Positions 1 to 12,300 of a DNA stretch of 64,000 bases are shown here, in pieces. The stretch lies in the NCBI GenBank assembly GCA_964234715.1, contig OZ174278.1; one strand, written 5' to 3'. The notes below the pieces were generated by a model, which did not search any database, was not told the DNA's origin, and worked only from the letters and a program-made list of their open reading frames with translations. The DNA comes from Podarcis melisellensis. Its lineage: Eukaryota. Made by a program: the position numbers and the translations under genes. How positions within the stretch are numbered: position 1 is the first letter of the stretch; every line of letters begins with the position of its first letter.

Positions 1-2179
1 GTGGGTGGATTGGGGCACCAACTGCATCAGAGAGAGCTCCCAAAAGAGCTGGAGAGGAGAGGAGAGGTGGAATTGTTCCATCCAGTGAGCAATGGTGAAT
101 CACACCTACTGAAATACTTGAAACATTGGAAGGCACTAAGAATCACTATGTGATTTGATGGAGTGCAGTGACTCAAAGCAATTGATTCTAATACGGTAAA
201 TTTAAATCTCAATTTAAAGCCTCACTTAGAAGGCAAGGCTGGAAACTTTTGGCCAATGTGCTGAAGTGCCTCCTGTCTAATTATTACTTTAACTCAAGTC
301 TTTTGTTGGCTTTTGCTGTTTTTCTTGAGACTGAGCTTTGCCAAGCTACAGGTAGGATGTTCATTCACCCGGCTGGACATTCTCTTTTTGCTGCACTAAC
401 AAAACTACTTCCCATTCTCAGACCTGGGGGTGGGGGCAGCTATTGTTTCCCTCCTTTGCTTTCAGCTTCGTATGCCTGTCCTTCCGCAGGCTGCATTCGA
501 AACTCCAGCAAGTGGCTGTCTGCGAGGAGTCCTGCCTTGTGAGACACAATGAGGTTTCGGTGCCTTGCTGCCATCAACTCCATCTAAAGAGTTCAGAGCT
601 GGGCTGTGTTCATGCTGCTGTGTGAAGAACAAAGGAAGTGCCAAACAGGCCTTGCATCGCATGCCCACCCATCCCCCAAGGCAGAGATGATTTCCTCTTT
701 GCAAAGGAGCAGCAAAAGTTATCTGCTATCCACGGAGGTTGACCACATAGAATGATGTGTGTGTGTTCGTTCATTCATGGGACAAAGATCCTCTTGCCAT
801 TCCCCTTCTGGGTCTGAGAGACAAAAACAGCTGAAAGTGTATTTCTTCCGCTGGTTATGTGTCCCTACAGGCTGCATCTCACTGACAGTAATGGGGAGAT
901 GCCCATCTGTAGTCTGAGCTGTAAAAGGTCAGTGTGGTAGCAGCAGCGTGTGCAGAAATGGATCGGGAGCTTAATGAGCCATCTCGAAGCCTTTGGAGAC
1001 ATATTTTCCATGATGCCTGCAATAGCAGGGGGCAAAAATAACACAGCCCTTCCCACCTCGTTTCGTGCATATGCTAACAAAGGCAGCTTGCTAGCATCTT
1101 TCACTGAAGTTCAAGACAAAACGCTTCCATCTGTGGTCATTCCAGTCTTTCCGTGCTTATTTGAAAGCTGTACCAAAAGACGGCTGATGAATTTTATAGT
1201 TTAGTTCCAGCTACAAAATAAGCTCTTTATGGGTTTGTTGTAGTGACATAGTTCCCACCTTAAGGATGTAACTAGCTTGTTGCTTTTTAAAGAGAAGACC
1301 AGTATGTTACCCCAAGGTCTGGATCCAGCCCCCAATTAAAACCATCTGATCCTCAGGTGGCACTATCAAATTTTACAGCAATTTTACAGATCTAACAGAC
1401 TAAAGTACAAAAGAAAGACTATAAAATAAGCCAAACCTCAGATATAAAATATAATGAAAGGCAATAATCTTTCTGTGTCCTCTTCTTTCAGGACACATCC
1501 TCTTTTTCGGGGATAAAATTTGAGACAATTTGCATTTATTTGCTTTGAATGGCCATCATAGCATCCTCTTTTTTACTCTTCAGAATATGGCAACCCTATC
1601 TTAAACCATGTTCTTAACATCTGCCATTGAAAGTTATAATCTGCTTTTAGGTCACAATCCATCAGAGCACTAAATATGCTGAACACCATTAGTTTCATGG
1701 GCTTAGCTTTGTGTTAGGGGCACATACATAACTCTGTGCGATATGGTGCCTGTGTGCAAAATGCTATAGTATATATTTTGTGTTGCACCTCAGTACAGCC
1801 CAGCAGTCATTCTAATTGGATTGCCAGTTGTCCATGGTCATATTATGCAAAGTATTCCAGCCCATGCCTCCCAGCCAAGGTTCTGTTCACAGGGCTACAT
1901 TGGCTTTCAAATGAAGTCCTTAGAAGACAGCCCAAATTTATGAAAGCTGCAACATGCCCTTTATATGTTGCAGCACTAGACTTCAGAAAGAGTGGAAAAA
2001 TCATATCAGCTCTACACACAGCAATGCCCTCTGCTTTCCTGCTCTTGGCCAGAAATCACATGCTACAAAATATTTCCAGACAGGTTTCTTGGTGCTCTTG
2101 GGAACAGGAGATCAGCGGGGCCTTTGGCCCAATCCCTTTCTGCTTCTGTCTTGGCCTCACCAATTGTTACATATTAAGT

Positions 2180-2525
2180 GGACAGGGTGGCGCTGTGGTC
2201 TAAATCATAGAGCCTAGGGCTTGCCGATCAGAAGGTCGGTAGTTCGAATCCCTGTGACGGGGTGAGCTCCCTTTGCTCGGTTCTAGCTTCTGGCCACGTA
2301 GCCGTTTGAAAGCACATCAAAGTGCAAGTAGATAAATAGGTACCACTCCGGCAGGAATGTAAACGGTGTTTCCATGCGCTGCTCTGGTTCACCGGAAGCG
2401 GCTTAGTCCTGCTACCCACATGACCCAGAAGCTGTACGCCGGTTCCCTCGGCCAATAAAGCGAGATGTGTGTGCAACCCCAGAGTTGTCCGCAACTGGAC
2501 CTAATGGTCAGGGGTCTCTTTACCT
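2180..2525 (+). mobile_element. Sauria-type SINE (tRNA-derived head, ACCTTT-type tail)
   Basis: Head GGACAGGGTGGCGCTGTGG (A box) and GTTCGAATCC (B box); body shared with copies at 48367, 50196, 54887 and 59967; ends in CTTTACCT. Confidence 0.9.
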
Positions 2526-3879
2526 AAGTGCATATTAAGCTCATAATCACCAACTGTGTTTTTTTGATCTCACTGGTGTTCAACTCATACCTTTTAATTT
2601 TCTCCTTTATATACTTGCAAACTCTGAGTGTGCACACCTGGCACAATGGCCTTGAAGCCATATAAACTTCTGCCATAACATTATTTTTGTTTTAAATCTT
2701 TAATGTGCCACTGTTGATTTTACCTAGAACTAAAAACGCTGGAGCCAGGAATTTATTTTGAGTACTGGGACTGAATGGCGTTCATAGTCCTTCTCAGTAG
2801 CATTGTTTGCTGGTGCCCAGAGCGGGCTGGTGTGTGCCGAGGGGCATGGTGCGGCAGTGAATGGAGCCCTGCCCTCACTACGGATAATGCTGGAGCAACA
2901 CCAGCCCTGAGCCACTTTGCCAGACTCACAAAGTGGCGCCTGGCTGGCAGGGCAGCGTAAGCAGTGCCCCCCCCCCCAAAAATGCACCCAGGGCCATCAC
3001 CCTGGCAGGCCCCCTCCACACACACACTATGCTCCTGGCCTGCAAGAATCCACTCCAATTCAAAGCGTTCTCCTGGCAGCACTGCACACAGGACCCTGGT
3101 AGAGAGGAGGGCAGTGGTTGAGCGGGAGCTGTGCAGCTGGCTGCTCCTGGGCTGGGCCAGTGCCCCCGCCCCAATCCTCAGCCCTGTTCCCAGCTGGAGA
3201 GAGTTAGGCTGGAGCTAGACACATCAAAGAACTGATTCAGTTAAACATATTGTAAACTCATGCAGGGAAATCCGGTAGGGAAAGACGGGACTCCACAGAG
3301 CCATCTGGTGTCACAGTGTTATGTCGCATATACAGTGCATATAAAACGCTTTTTCCTTGTCAATCTAGCTGAGTCCCTACTTTAAGCCAGGGCGAGCTCA
3401 TTGTGGTCAGGTGGAACTGGAGCAGCTCAGCTGCACAGAAGTCTGCCCAGAAGCCTGGATCTCTGCTGGAACTAGAAGCCACCAGTGATGGAACCAGGAA
3501 GAAGCAGAGCCTCCAGCACCCTTTGCACTGAGTTATTCTGACCGTGGACAGGGTCCAGAGTCAGTAGTTTAATCCAAAGTCTTTGGAGGTTGATGTCAAA
3601 GTTAGGTTGCTAGAGAAGGTGGAGAGAGCAGCAGCAATGAAGAACTCTGCAGATGGAGTGGGAAAACACACAGCAGCCAGAACGTCTCTTGTTGCCTCAG
3701 GAGAAGTGTTGCAGAATTGTCAACCGAAAGGCTGAGGAATTCAACCCTTGTGTACCCTTTCATCAGGGGCTAGGCAAAACTTGAGCAAGTACTCAGTGAA
3801 ACTATGTAGCCATAACCAGTATTAAGCCAACTATACCGGCTTGCAGTGAGTTTCCAGGCCAAGTTGTTATTATTGTTTG

Positions 3880-4190
3880 TTTGCTTGTTTATTTGCTTGT
3901 TTGTTTATACCAAGCCTTCTTCCCTGACAGGAGCTCAAAGTGGCATGCAGAAAAATTAAGAACAGGTAAAAACATGGGGGGGGGGCATCAAAAACCAATT
4001 GAGCTTTAATAGAAATAAAACTGAGATGATCTATGAAAAACATACAGATAATTACAGTAAAAACAGCACCACCACTTTCGTTAAAGCTACCAGTTTCCCT
4101 AAACCTGTTGGAACGGTAAGATCTTCGCCTGCCAGCGGAAGGAGAACAAGGAGGGAGCCAGTCTAGCTTCTCTAGGGAGGGAGCTCTAGG
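3880..4190 (-). mobile_element. L2-type LINE 3' end fragment
   Basis: Resembles 28950-29305 (TCTTCGCCTGCCAGCGGAAGG vs TCTTCACCTGCCAGTGAAAGG); (TTTG)n-like tail at the left end. Confidence 0.55.
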
Positions 4191-5077
4191 GTGAAATTAA
4201 ATGGCTGGTTTTAAGCTTCAAATCCCTAAATCGTTTGGGCCAGAGTTATCCAATGGGCCACCTGCACCCATGCCATTCTGCTTGCTCACTGGGATCTCAG
4301 TCGCAGGCCCTCTTGGCGCGAGGCGGGAGACCGCAATGAATAGGTCCTTTACTGAGGTGGCCCCACACCTTTGGAATTCTCTCCCGGGGGAGATGCAACG
4401 GGGGGGGGGGGCTAGGCTTTTGGGAAGGCCTCGAGGACTCACTTGTTTTGGCTGGTCTTCCCTGGGTAATTTTTTGTCCTGCTCACCAGATTAAGGCTCA
4501 CATATTTTTTACAGTACTGGAGTTCTGAGTTGTTTGCTTTTTTGTGACCCTGCTTGATTCTTGGAGACAAAAAGGGGGAGAGAGATGTTTTTATTATTTG
4601 GATGGGCATTGTCCAGAAAAGTAGCATTTCAGTATTTTAAAACAAAAAGAAATATGATGACTTCAAAGCCCAATGATTTTCTAGGGATGGAGTTGGATTC
4701 CCTGTGGGTCCTTGCAACCCCCTTCCTCGGTCAATGACTTATGCTGGTCCTGGTGGGCAGGGCTGGGTCAAAACAAGGCCACCCAGTTCACCTGCCCCTA
4801 AGTCGGGGCAGCACTGCTGTCCATGAATATTGTACTGACCTGGCATTCAACAGCAGCATAGCCAAGGCCACGGTGGTAGAGAACGAGAGGAAGGGCCCTT
4901 TAGAAATACTGCACAGAGATGCACAGGGCTGGACTCCGGTAATGTGGTGCCCTCAGTGAGGACAAAATGTGGCAGCCCCCCCCCCAATTTCTTTCTTTTC
5001 ACCATGATTCCTTTTGGAGCAGTTGCTTTTTTAATGGATCTTCTCAGTAGGTACCCATATAAATACAGGGTTTTAAA

Positions 5078-5116
<39 letters not shown>
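5078..5116. repeat. (TTA)n microsatellite
   Basis: Perfect ATT run; produces the spurious poly-N and poly-L ORFs. Confidence 0.95.
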
Positions 5117-5118
<2 letters not shown>

Positions 5119-6811
5119 CCCCCTTGGCTCAGTTCCCTGTGCAGAGGAACTGCTTGCACCACCCTAAATGCGTCTCTGGCTCCCATGTCTTCAGAGCCTT
5201 GCCACCCCATTCCCAACTCACCTGCCCTTCCCAATAACCCCTGGTATCAGTGGTCACTTGAACCTCCAAGACCACATGCAAACAATGACAACAATGTTGC
5301 ATAAAACCATTACATAGAAAAGACATAGACAAATCTCTCCCGTTAAGTAGATTACATTGTTCAATGGTACTGAAATGCCTTTGTAAAGATGAAATGCCTA
5401 GCATCAGACAATTATAGCCGATAACTTTTTCTTGGGGCTTTGACCTGGTGAAAAAAAATGCATTTTAGAGAAAAGGATTTAATAACATGCATTTCACAAG
5501 TTTTTTCAATAGTTATTTAGCAGTAGATTACTAACTATTAATAAGCCTTTATCTTTGGCACCAAGACAAGCTTCTTAGGCTCACTGAGGCTGTGATTTGC
5601 CCCCGACTTCTGCACCAGCAGCCAGACGACAGAAAGCAGCTCACAGCCTTAAATGCATTGAAGCTGCCTCTGCCTGCGGAAGCTGGCAATTTCTTCTCAT
5701 ACATCCGCATGCAGGCCAGCAGGCATTAGGCAAACCCATAATATCAGTCCCAGCGTGCGTTGTAATGCTATTTTGCCACTGCCTGTCTGGCGACTTCATT
5801 TCATTTCTTTCTTTCTCTTGAACCTAATTTCTAAATCTTCCTCAAAGTAGCACACTTCTCCAAAACAGAGGAATATAAACTGAAGAAACCATTAGATCAC
5901 AGACATTTGTGAACATTTCACCAACCGCATCATGTGGAGGAACATCCATCCCTGACACTGATGATTCATGGCTAAAGAGAGCCACAATATTGCACTAATG
6001 GACTTACACAGCAATCCTAAGTGAACTAGCTTTTTTTCCACACAAAAATTACCGCCCTATTCTTGCCCATTAAGCTTATAAGAGCAATTGTCACCAAATT
6101 GGTAAGTCTTAATAGCTCTAAAAGCCCATTATAGTCCTCATTTTGGGTTTACATCGAGCTGAAGAGAATGGGGTCAGAGATGGCACACGCCGGTTGGAAA
6201 ATGGAACTTTGTGTTCACTATACCTTTTGCAGACACAGTGAAATGCCAAGAACATGTTAGGTCAGTATAAACTGAGGAAGGATAGAGAAATTGTGAGTGG
6301 GGAGGACAACAGACTAGACAGAGGTGGGTGAAGAACATCTGAGATAAACTCTCATCATGTCTGAAGAGCTTTTCTGGATGCATGCCAGCTTGAATGTGGG
6401 ATCAAGGATGTAAAGCGGAGACAGCTTTGCTGATAAGAGGAGATTATTTTAGTCTGAGGTGCTGCTCACGTCACCCTCAGGCTTGGATGTCATCCAAATC
6501 TTGGCCAACAAGGCAAACATGAATCAGGGAGAAACCACCAGAGACAGAAGATGAAGGATGATGTTCCATGCAAAGTGTCCTACAACTTTCTGCGGATGGC
6601 ATTGTGACTCCCACCCTTCATCCTAAGGTCCCAGGGAGAGTTCCAGCAATAAAACACAACATTGAAAATAATTTTTAAAAATTTACAATTATTAAAAATA
6701 AACTGGGTCCTAAAATATTGTTTCATTTAACCTACCCTATTTATCTAAAATAGAGGGTCAAATCTTGTATGCAGGACAAAAATCTGTAGACAATATTCAA
6801 TAATGTTCAGA

Positions 6812-7923
6812 CCCCTGGACTCTCACTTGTGAGGTGCCTTAGGGTTTTATCCTCTCCCCTATGCTTTTTAACATCTACATGAAGCCGCTGGGAGAGATCA
6901 TCAAGGGGTTTGGGCTGGGTGTCCATCAATATGCAGATGATACCCAGCTCTACCTCACCTTTAAATCAGAACCAGTGAAGGCAGCGAAGGTCCTGTGTGA
7001 GTGTCTGGAGGCAGTTGGAGGGTGGATGGCAGCTAACAGATTGAGGTTGAATCCTGACAAGACAGAAATACTGTTCTTGGGGGACAGGGGGTGGGCTGGT
7101 GTGGAGGACTCCTGAATGGGGTAACTGTCCCCTCAAGGACCAGGTGCTCAGCCTGGGAGTCATTTTGGACTCACAGCTGTCCATGGAGGTCAGATTAATT
7201 CTGTGTCCAGGGCAGCTGTCTACCAGCTTTATCTGGCACATAGCTGTCAACATTTTCCTTTTTTTAAAGGAAATTCCCTTATTCCAAATAGGATTCCTCG
7301 CGAGAAAAGGGAAAAGTTGACAGCTATGATCTGGCACGCAGGCTGAGACCCTACCTGCCCACAGACTGTCTCACTAGAGTGCCTCATGCTCTGGTAATCT
7401 CCCGCTTGACTACTGCAATGCACTCTACGTGGGGCTACCTTTGAAGGTGACCCGGAAACTGCATTTAATGAGGCAGCTAGACTGGTGACTGGGGGCGGCC
7501 GCCGAGACCACATAACACCGGTCCTGAAAGATCTTCATTGGCTCCCAGTATGCTTCCAAGCACAAATCAAAGTGTTGGTGCTGACCTTTAAAGCCCTAAA
7601 CGGTCCGGTATAGCAGAAGAAACGTCTCCACCCCCATCGTCCAGCCCAGACACTGAGGTCCAGTGCCGAGAGCCTTCTGGCGGTTCCCTTGCTGCAAGAA
7701 ATGAGGTTACAGGGAACCAGGCAGAGGGCCTTCTCGGTAGTGGCACCCGCCCTGTGGAATGCCCTTCCAGCAGAGGTCAAGGCAATAAGCAACTATTTTA
7801 CTTTAAAAAGACAACTGAAGGTGGCCCTGTTTAGGGAAGTTTTTAATGTTTGATGCTGTATTGTCTATAATATTTGGTTAGAAGCCGCCCAGAGTGGCTG
7901 GCGAAACCCAGCCAGATGGGCGG
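6812..7923 (+). mobile_element. L2-clade LINE, 5'-truncated (RT C-terminal half and 3' UTR); tail resumes at 8360-8390
   Basis: ORF 6861-7115 reads LFNIYMKPL...HQYADDTQLY...WMAANRLRLNPDKTE; downstream frames give SRLDYCNALY, HITPVL and RAFSVVAP; 3' UTR GAAGCCGCCCAGAGTGGCTG followed by an (ATT)n tail. Confidence 0.92.
7239..7328. mobile_element. 90-bp hAT-type MITE nested in L2
   Basis: Perfect 13-bp TIRs CATAGCTGTCAAC / GTTGACAGCTATG; perfect 8-bp TSD ATCTGGCA at 7231-7238 and 7329-7336. Confidence 0.92.
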
Positions 7924-8359
7924 TGTAATGGTTATAGGGGTTGCTCGTGCTTAAGTTGCCGCCACTCCTGGCTAGGTTACCTGGTTAAACCTTTTATGTC
8001 TGGACAGCCCTTCACTTCGTGGCTGTTTCAGTCGCTAGCAGAATCCATCAGTGGGCGTTTCTTGAACCTCTTCCAGCAAAGAAGTTCTTTGATGCCAAGT
8101 CTCTGCCTACTCTCCCTGCGCGGAAGTCTTCTGCGCAGGGTGGGTGTGGGCAGCAGAGGACCTGTGCTCTCCCCGCTGGTCTCCGGTGAAGAGTCCTGGA
8201 GCCCCCTCTCCGATTCCCCCATCCGCCCCCCCTTTATCCCTGGTGTTACGCTGATTTTCTTCCCCAGCCGATGAGCTGCCTCTTTCCCTGCTGGGCCCTT
8301 CTCCAGCATTGCTTGGGAGCCTTGCCTCCGCCTCTGGCTCTGATGGCAGTTCCCTGACA
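7924..8359 (-). mobile_element. Solo LTR (Gypsy/ERV-like) inserted in the L2 3' UTR
   Basis: TGT...ACA termini; 5-bp TSD GGCGG at 7919-7923 and 8360-8364; the L2 tail continues after it. Strand is tentative. Confidence 0.8.
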
Positions 8360-8529
8360 GGCGGGGTAAAATAATAAATTATTATTATTATAGTAACTGA
8401 AAAAAACACTTGAAAGACAAATTTCCAAGAAATTAGAACAAAACAAAATTTGAACAATCAACCATATGTCAGGAGTGCTCTGATGGTGTTTCCTGCTTGG
8501 CAGGGGGTTGGACTCGATGTCCCAGCAGA

Positions 8530-8800
8530 TTCATGTAGATGTTAAACAGCATGGAAGATAACCGGCAACCTGAGGTACTGCTAATGCCATTGTCCATGTG
8601 GCAGAACTGTAGTCCCTTAGCACAACCTTCTGGGCCATCCTGCCAGAAAGGACTGTGACCATCACCACACCTCCAAGTCTTGATGAAGCCAGTTGGACTA
8701 GAAGAACACCACAGGTGATGGCATTGAAAACTGCTGAGAAGTACAGGAGAATGAAGAGGGTTGCCCTCCCCCGGCCCATTTCCCAGTCGAAAAGTCATCA
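8530..8800 (-). mobile_element. Degenerate L2 RT fragment
   Basis: Minus frames give LLYFSAVFNAITCGVLL (cf. LLDLSAAFDTIDHGILL) and LSSMLFNIYM. Confidence 0.7.
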
Positions 8801-9266
8801 ACCAGGGCAAACAAACTCAAGCCATTCCCTAGATCATCTCAATAACACAACATCAGGCCTATAAAATAGATTGGGATTATTATGCCCATTTTGCAGATGG
8901 GGATTGACTGTGAGTTGGAGGTTTGTGTGGAAAGATGGGGAAAGAAAATGGCGGAGGAGACTGGGAGCCACAGTTGCCCACTCCCATCTCATCCACAAGG
9001 GGAGTATGATGGGATGGGAATAGCTACCTGCCACTGCATCCTCCTTATCCCTCACTCACATGTGGACACCACGTGTGGGCCAGAAAGGGGGGGGCAGTTG
9101 ATTGGGAAGGAGGGCGAAGAAGGTGGGAGACTGAAATGGGCAGATTTGCCCAAAAGGTACAGGGATTGGGGGCGGGGAGAACCCTTAAAATGACAGAACT
9201 GAAGAGTATTTTGAGAGGCAGAAGTCTGAGCAGGAAGCTAAGCCCAGTAGCAAGCAAGCAAGCAAC

Positions 9267-9267
<1 letters not shown>

Positions 9268-9304
<37 letters not shown>
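9268..9304. repeat. (TG)n microsatellite
   Basis: Perfect dinucleotide run. Confidence 0.95.
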
Positions 9305-9309
<5 letters not shown>

Positions 9310-12300
9310 TCTACTGAACCTGAGGAGCCTGAAAAATCAACCTGCTCCTTTGAGATCTGGAGTTCAGTCAGATGTATCCAAATAAAAGAGAACATGTTTT
9401 GGTGTTTGGAGGCCTTCTTGGCGTGAACTTACAACATTTTGCCAGAGGCAAAGTCATGAGGTTTCCCCCCATCAAATCAGCATCCTGCCAAGGCTCTGGT
9501 TTTACCAGTAATTCCCACCTCAAACATCTGCACTGCTCATCCACCACATATCCCATAACAGCAGAACTAATGTTTAGAACAAGGAGGGCCATATTTAAAT
9601 TTAATAAATAATAATCATTATTCTTTGGTTCAAGAAGCTGATCCTAATACAGGGATTGGTAGTAGACCCTGTGCTGGGGTGAGACTAGGCTTTATTTCAC
9701 TCGGGTGAAAGACCCAATTTGGCACCCCCACCCCCTGTGTGCATTTGTGTACACACACACACACAGAGGCTGGGGAGCTGGGCTGCCCCTCTGGAAACGT
9801 CACCTGGGGCAAAAAAAACCAGCTAAGCCCCCCCCCACCCCCGTAGCTATGGTACTGCCCTGTGTGGTGGTGTTTTTAAACTTAGTTGTACTTTAATATG
9901 GTCCAAAGGTGCTATGGGTAATCCAGAAGGACTGGGAGCTATTTGGCAGGAAAAGGTAAACCATGGACATTTTAACCACAATATAAATATTAATCCTAAT
10001 CACCAGCCCATGTTGGAGATATCCTTTGGCATAATGTGCCCAAATATGCAATAATTATGTGAAAATGGAAGCTATTATAAACAGTAATTAATACCAGCCG
10101 TCTTGAGGCAGTTTGCTCAGCATCCCCTTTTGAAGACAACTTCAAAAACAGCAGCAAAATGTGCGCCAGATCCAGCAAAGCACATCAGCAGCCCTAGGGT
10201 AGCTTTTCCAGTGGCGAGTTGTATTACCACCCCCAACATGTGTTGCAAACATCTCAGGTTTTACTTCTGTTGGAATCTCACTAGCTTTTTTTTTTTAAGC
10301 CAACAACAATATAATTGCTGATTTACCACCGCTGTTCAATCTAATTTACTTCTTAATGGTCCATTTGCATAGTGGAATTTGCATTTTATTTCACAGAGGA
10401 TGTTACAGCTCCACCTGCCCTATTTCACACTAGACACCAGCAACTGGAGACAAAAATGATGATGTGGGGGGGGGGGAAGGAGAGAGAGAAAATGGGGAGG
10501 GGGAACACACCTAGGAGAGTTCCTCTTGCCAAAACTGCTTGACTGTGAAGGTGAGGTCCTCTCTTATAAGAGGGGAGGAGGTTGAGTCGGTGGAGAAATT
10601 GCAAGCCAGTAACCAAAAAGAATATTTCATAACGTCTTTTGGGTGTAGCACAGCTCAAGAGAATTAATTTTTAGGTGTGATGCTATCACTTGCCTCTCTC
10701 CTGGTAAAACCTCATTCATTCTATGCAATGTGACAGGAAACTGCAATGATATAAGCTGACACTCTGCACCTTATCAAAAAGTAGCATCGCTCTGGCATCA
10801 CTATCTTCTTATTGACTTGGGCCTAGCCCAAATGCTAGTGATCACAGATAATGTTACAAGATATTATTCTCTACCTTGAGGAAAGCAATCAAAATAGCAC
10901 AAAATTAGAAGCTGACTTTGGGTTTGTGTCGGGAGGGTTTACACTCTTCCTACATGGTACATAATTTATTATATATTTTAGCTCAGCTTCAAGGCTTTGT
11001 TCCTGGGGTAACAGCTGTCATTTTAAAGGTGACTCATTACAGTCATTTTCAGAGCCCCCAGCAGATGGATGGGTCTTTATTTCCCAGGGAAAACTGACAG
11101 GTTATGGTTTTCAGCAGCTTTTAATCATTTGAATCAAACTTTTACACATCTGTCAATTACTTTGTTTTGTAATATTAATAATACTGCAATTGGAAGATGA
11201 CAAAGAACATTTTCCCCTTGTTATAAAGTAAAAAACAAAACAAAAAATAAGTAAAGATCCACCTAAGTAATGAATGAAGGTACCAGTATTTTTAATAATA
11301 GTGGTATACCCTAGTTCAATATTATCTTGTGAGGGCATTTGTGGTCTCTGCCAAGCAACAATGAAAATGTACAATGGTTAAAACATGGCAAAAAAGAAAG
11401 AAACCCCAACCCCATATATATTTAAAACTGAAGTCAAAAAGCAACCTTTGTCCAGGCAAAGAAAAATGACACCACGTAAGTGGTATTTCAATATGGTTTA
11501 TATGGAACTCATGTCTCAAAAGACAAGAATGGGTATAAATGCTGCTTTTAAACTAGGAAATGCACAGGTGATTCTCAATAACCTAAGCTGTATAGCACGC
11601 TCCAGGTGTTGAATGCATCCCTACTAACCCTGTGTCCCATCAAGCTTAATGCATTCACCCAGTTGTGCATTGGGATGCACAAGGTGGTGACTGACCCCTA
11701 GTTTTGCATACACCCATCAGGAAAACAGGTCAGGAATTTGAGCCTGTATTCCTAAATACAACTCCTAGGGAATAAGCCCCATGCAACAGGCTGTGACCTC
11801 TGAGCAAACATTTATGGGCTTGTACTGTGAGCCCCTGGTGACTTGTGTTCAGCTTGGTAAGTCCGGGTTGGGCAGCTCTGACATACATTATTTAAACTAA
11901 TCTTCACAACTATTCTTATGGTCAGCCATTGTTGCTACAGCTGTATCAGACCAAGTCGTCTTAATTCACCTTCATTAGGATTGTATTTTTTACTGGCAGC
12001 AGCTTGCCAAGATCTCAGGCCAGAGCCTTGCCCTGCAATCTGAGACCCTCTAACCATCCCCAGCAATTGAAATCAGGACCATCTGCATGCTCTAATACCA
12101 AGCAGCAGACACTTCCAGAAGCAGTGAGTTTACATCTTGCCCTATTCCATCTTTCCTATTGCAGATATCTTTCTGGCTAAGGGAGTGGCAAAGATCTTGA
12201 ACGAGTATGCGATACTTGTGTTTCCCTTTTTAAAGAAAATTTCCCCAAACTATTTGTAAAGAGAAATAGTTATGACAAGCTTATTAGAGTAGTTTTGGTT

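Noticed and set aside
3300-3770. Possible old LTR
   Set aside because: No identifiable TG...CA ends with a TSD; boundaries cannot be supported.
4847-5237. Poly-N and poly-L ORFs (likewise poly-I at 17665 and the HT/VC repeat ORFs)
   Set aside because: Translations of microsatellites.
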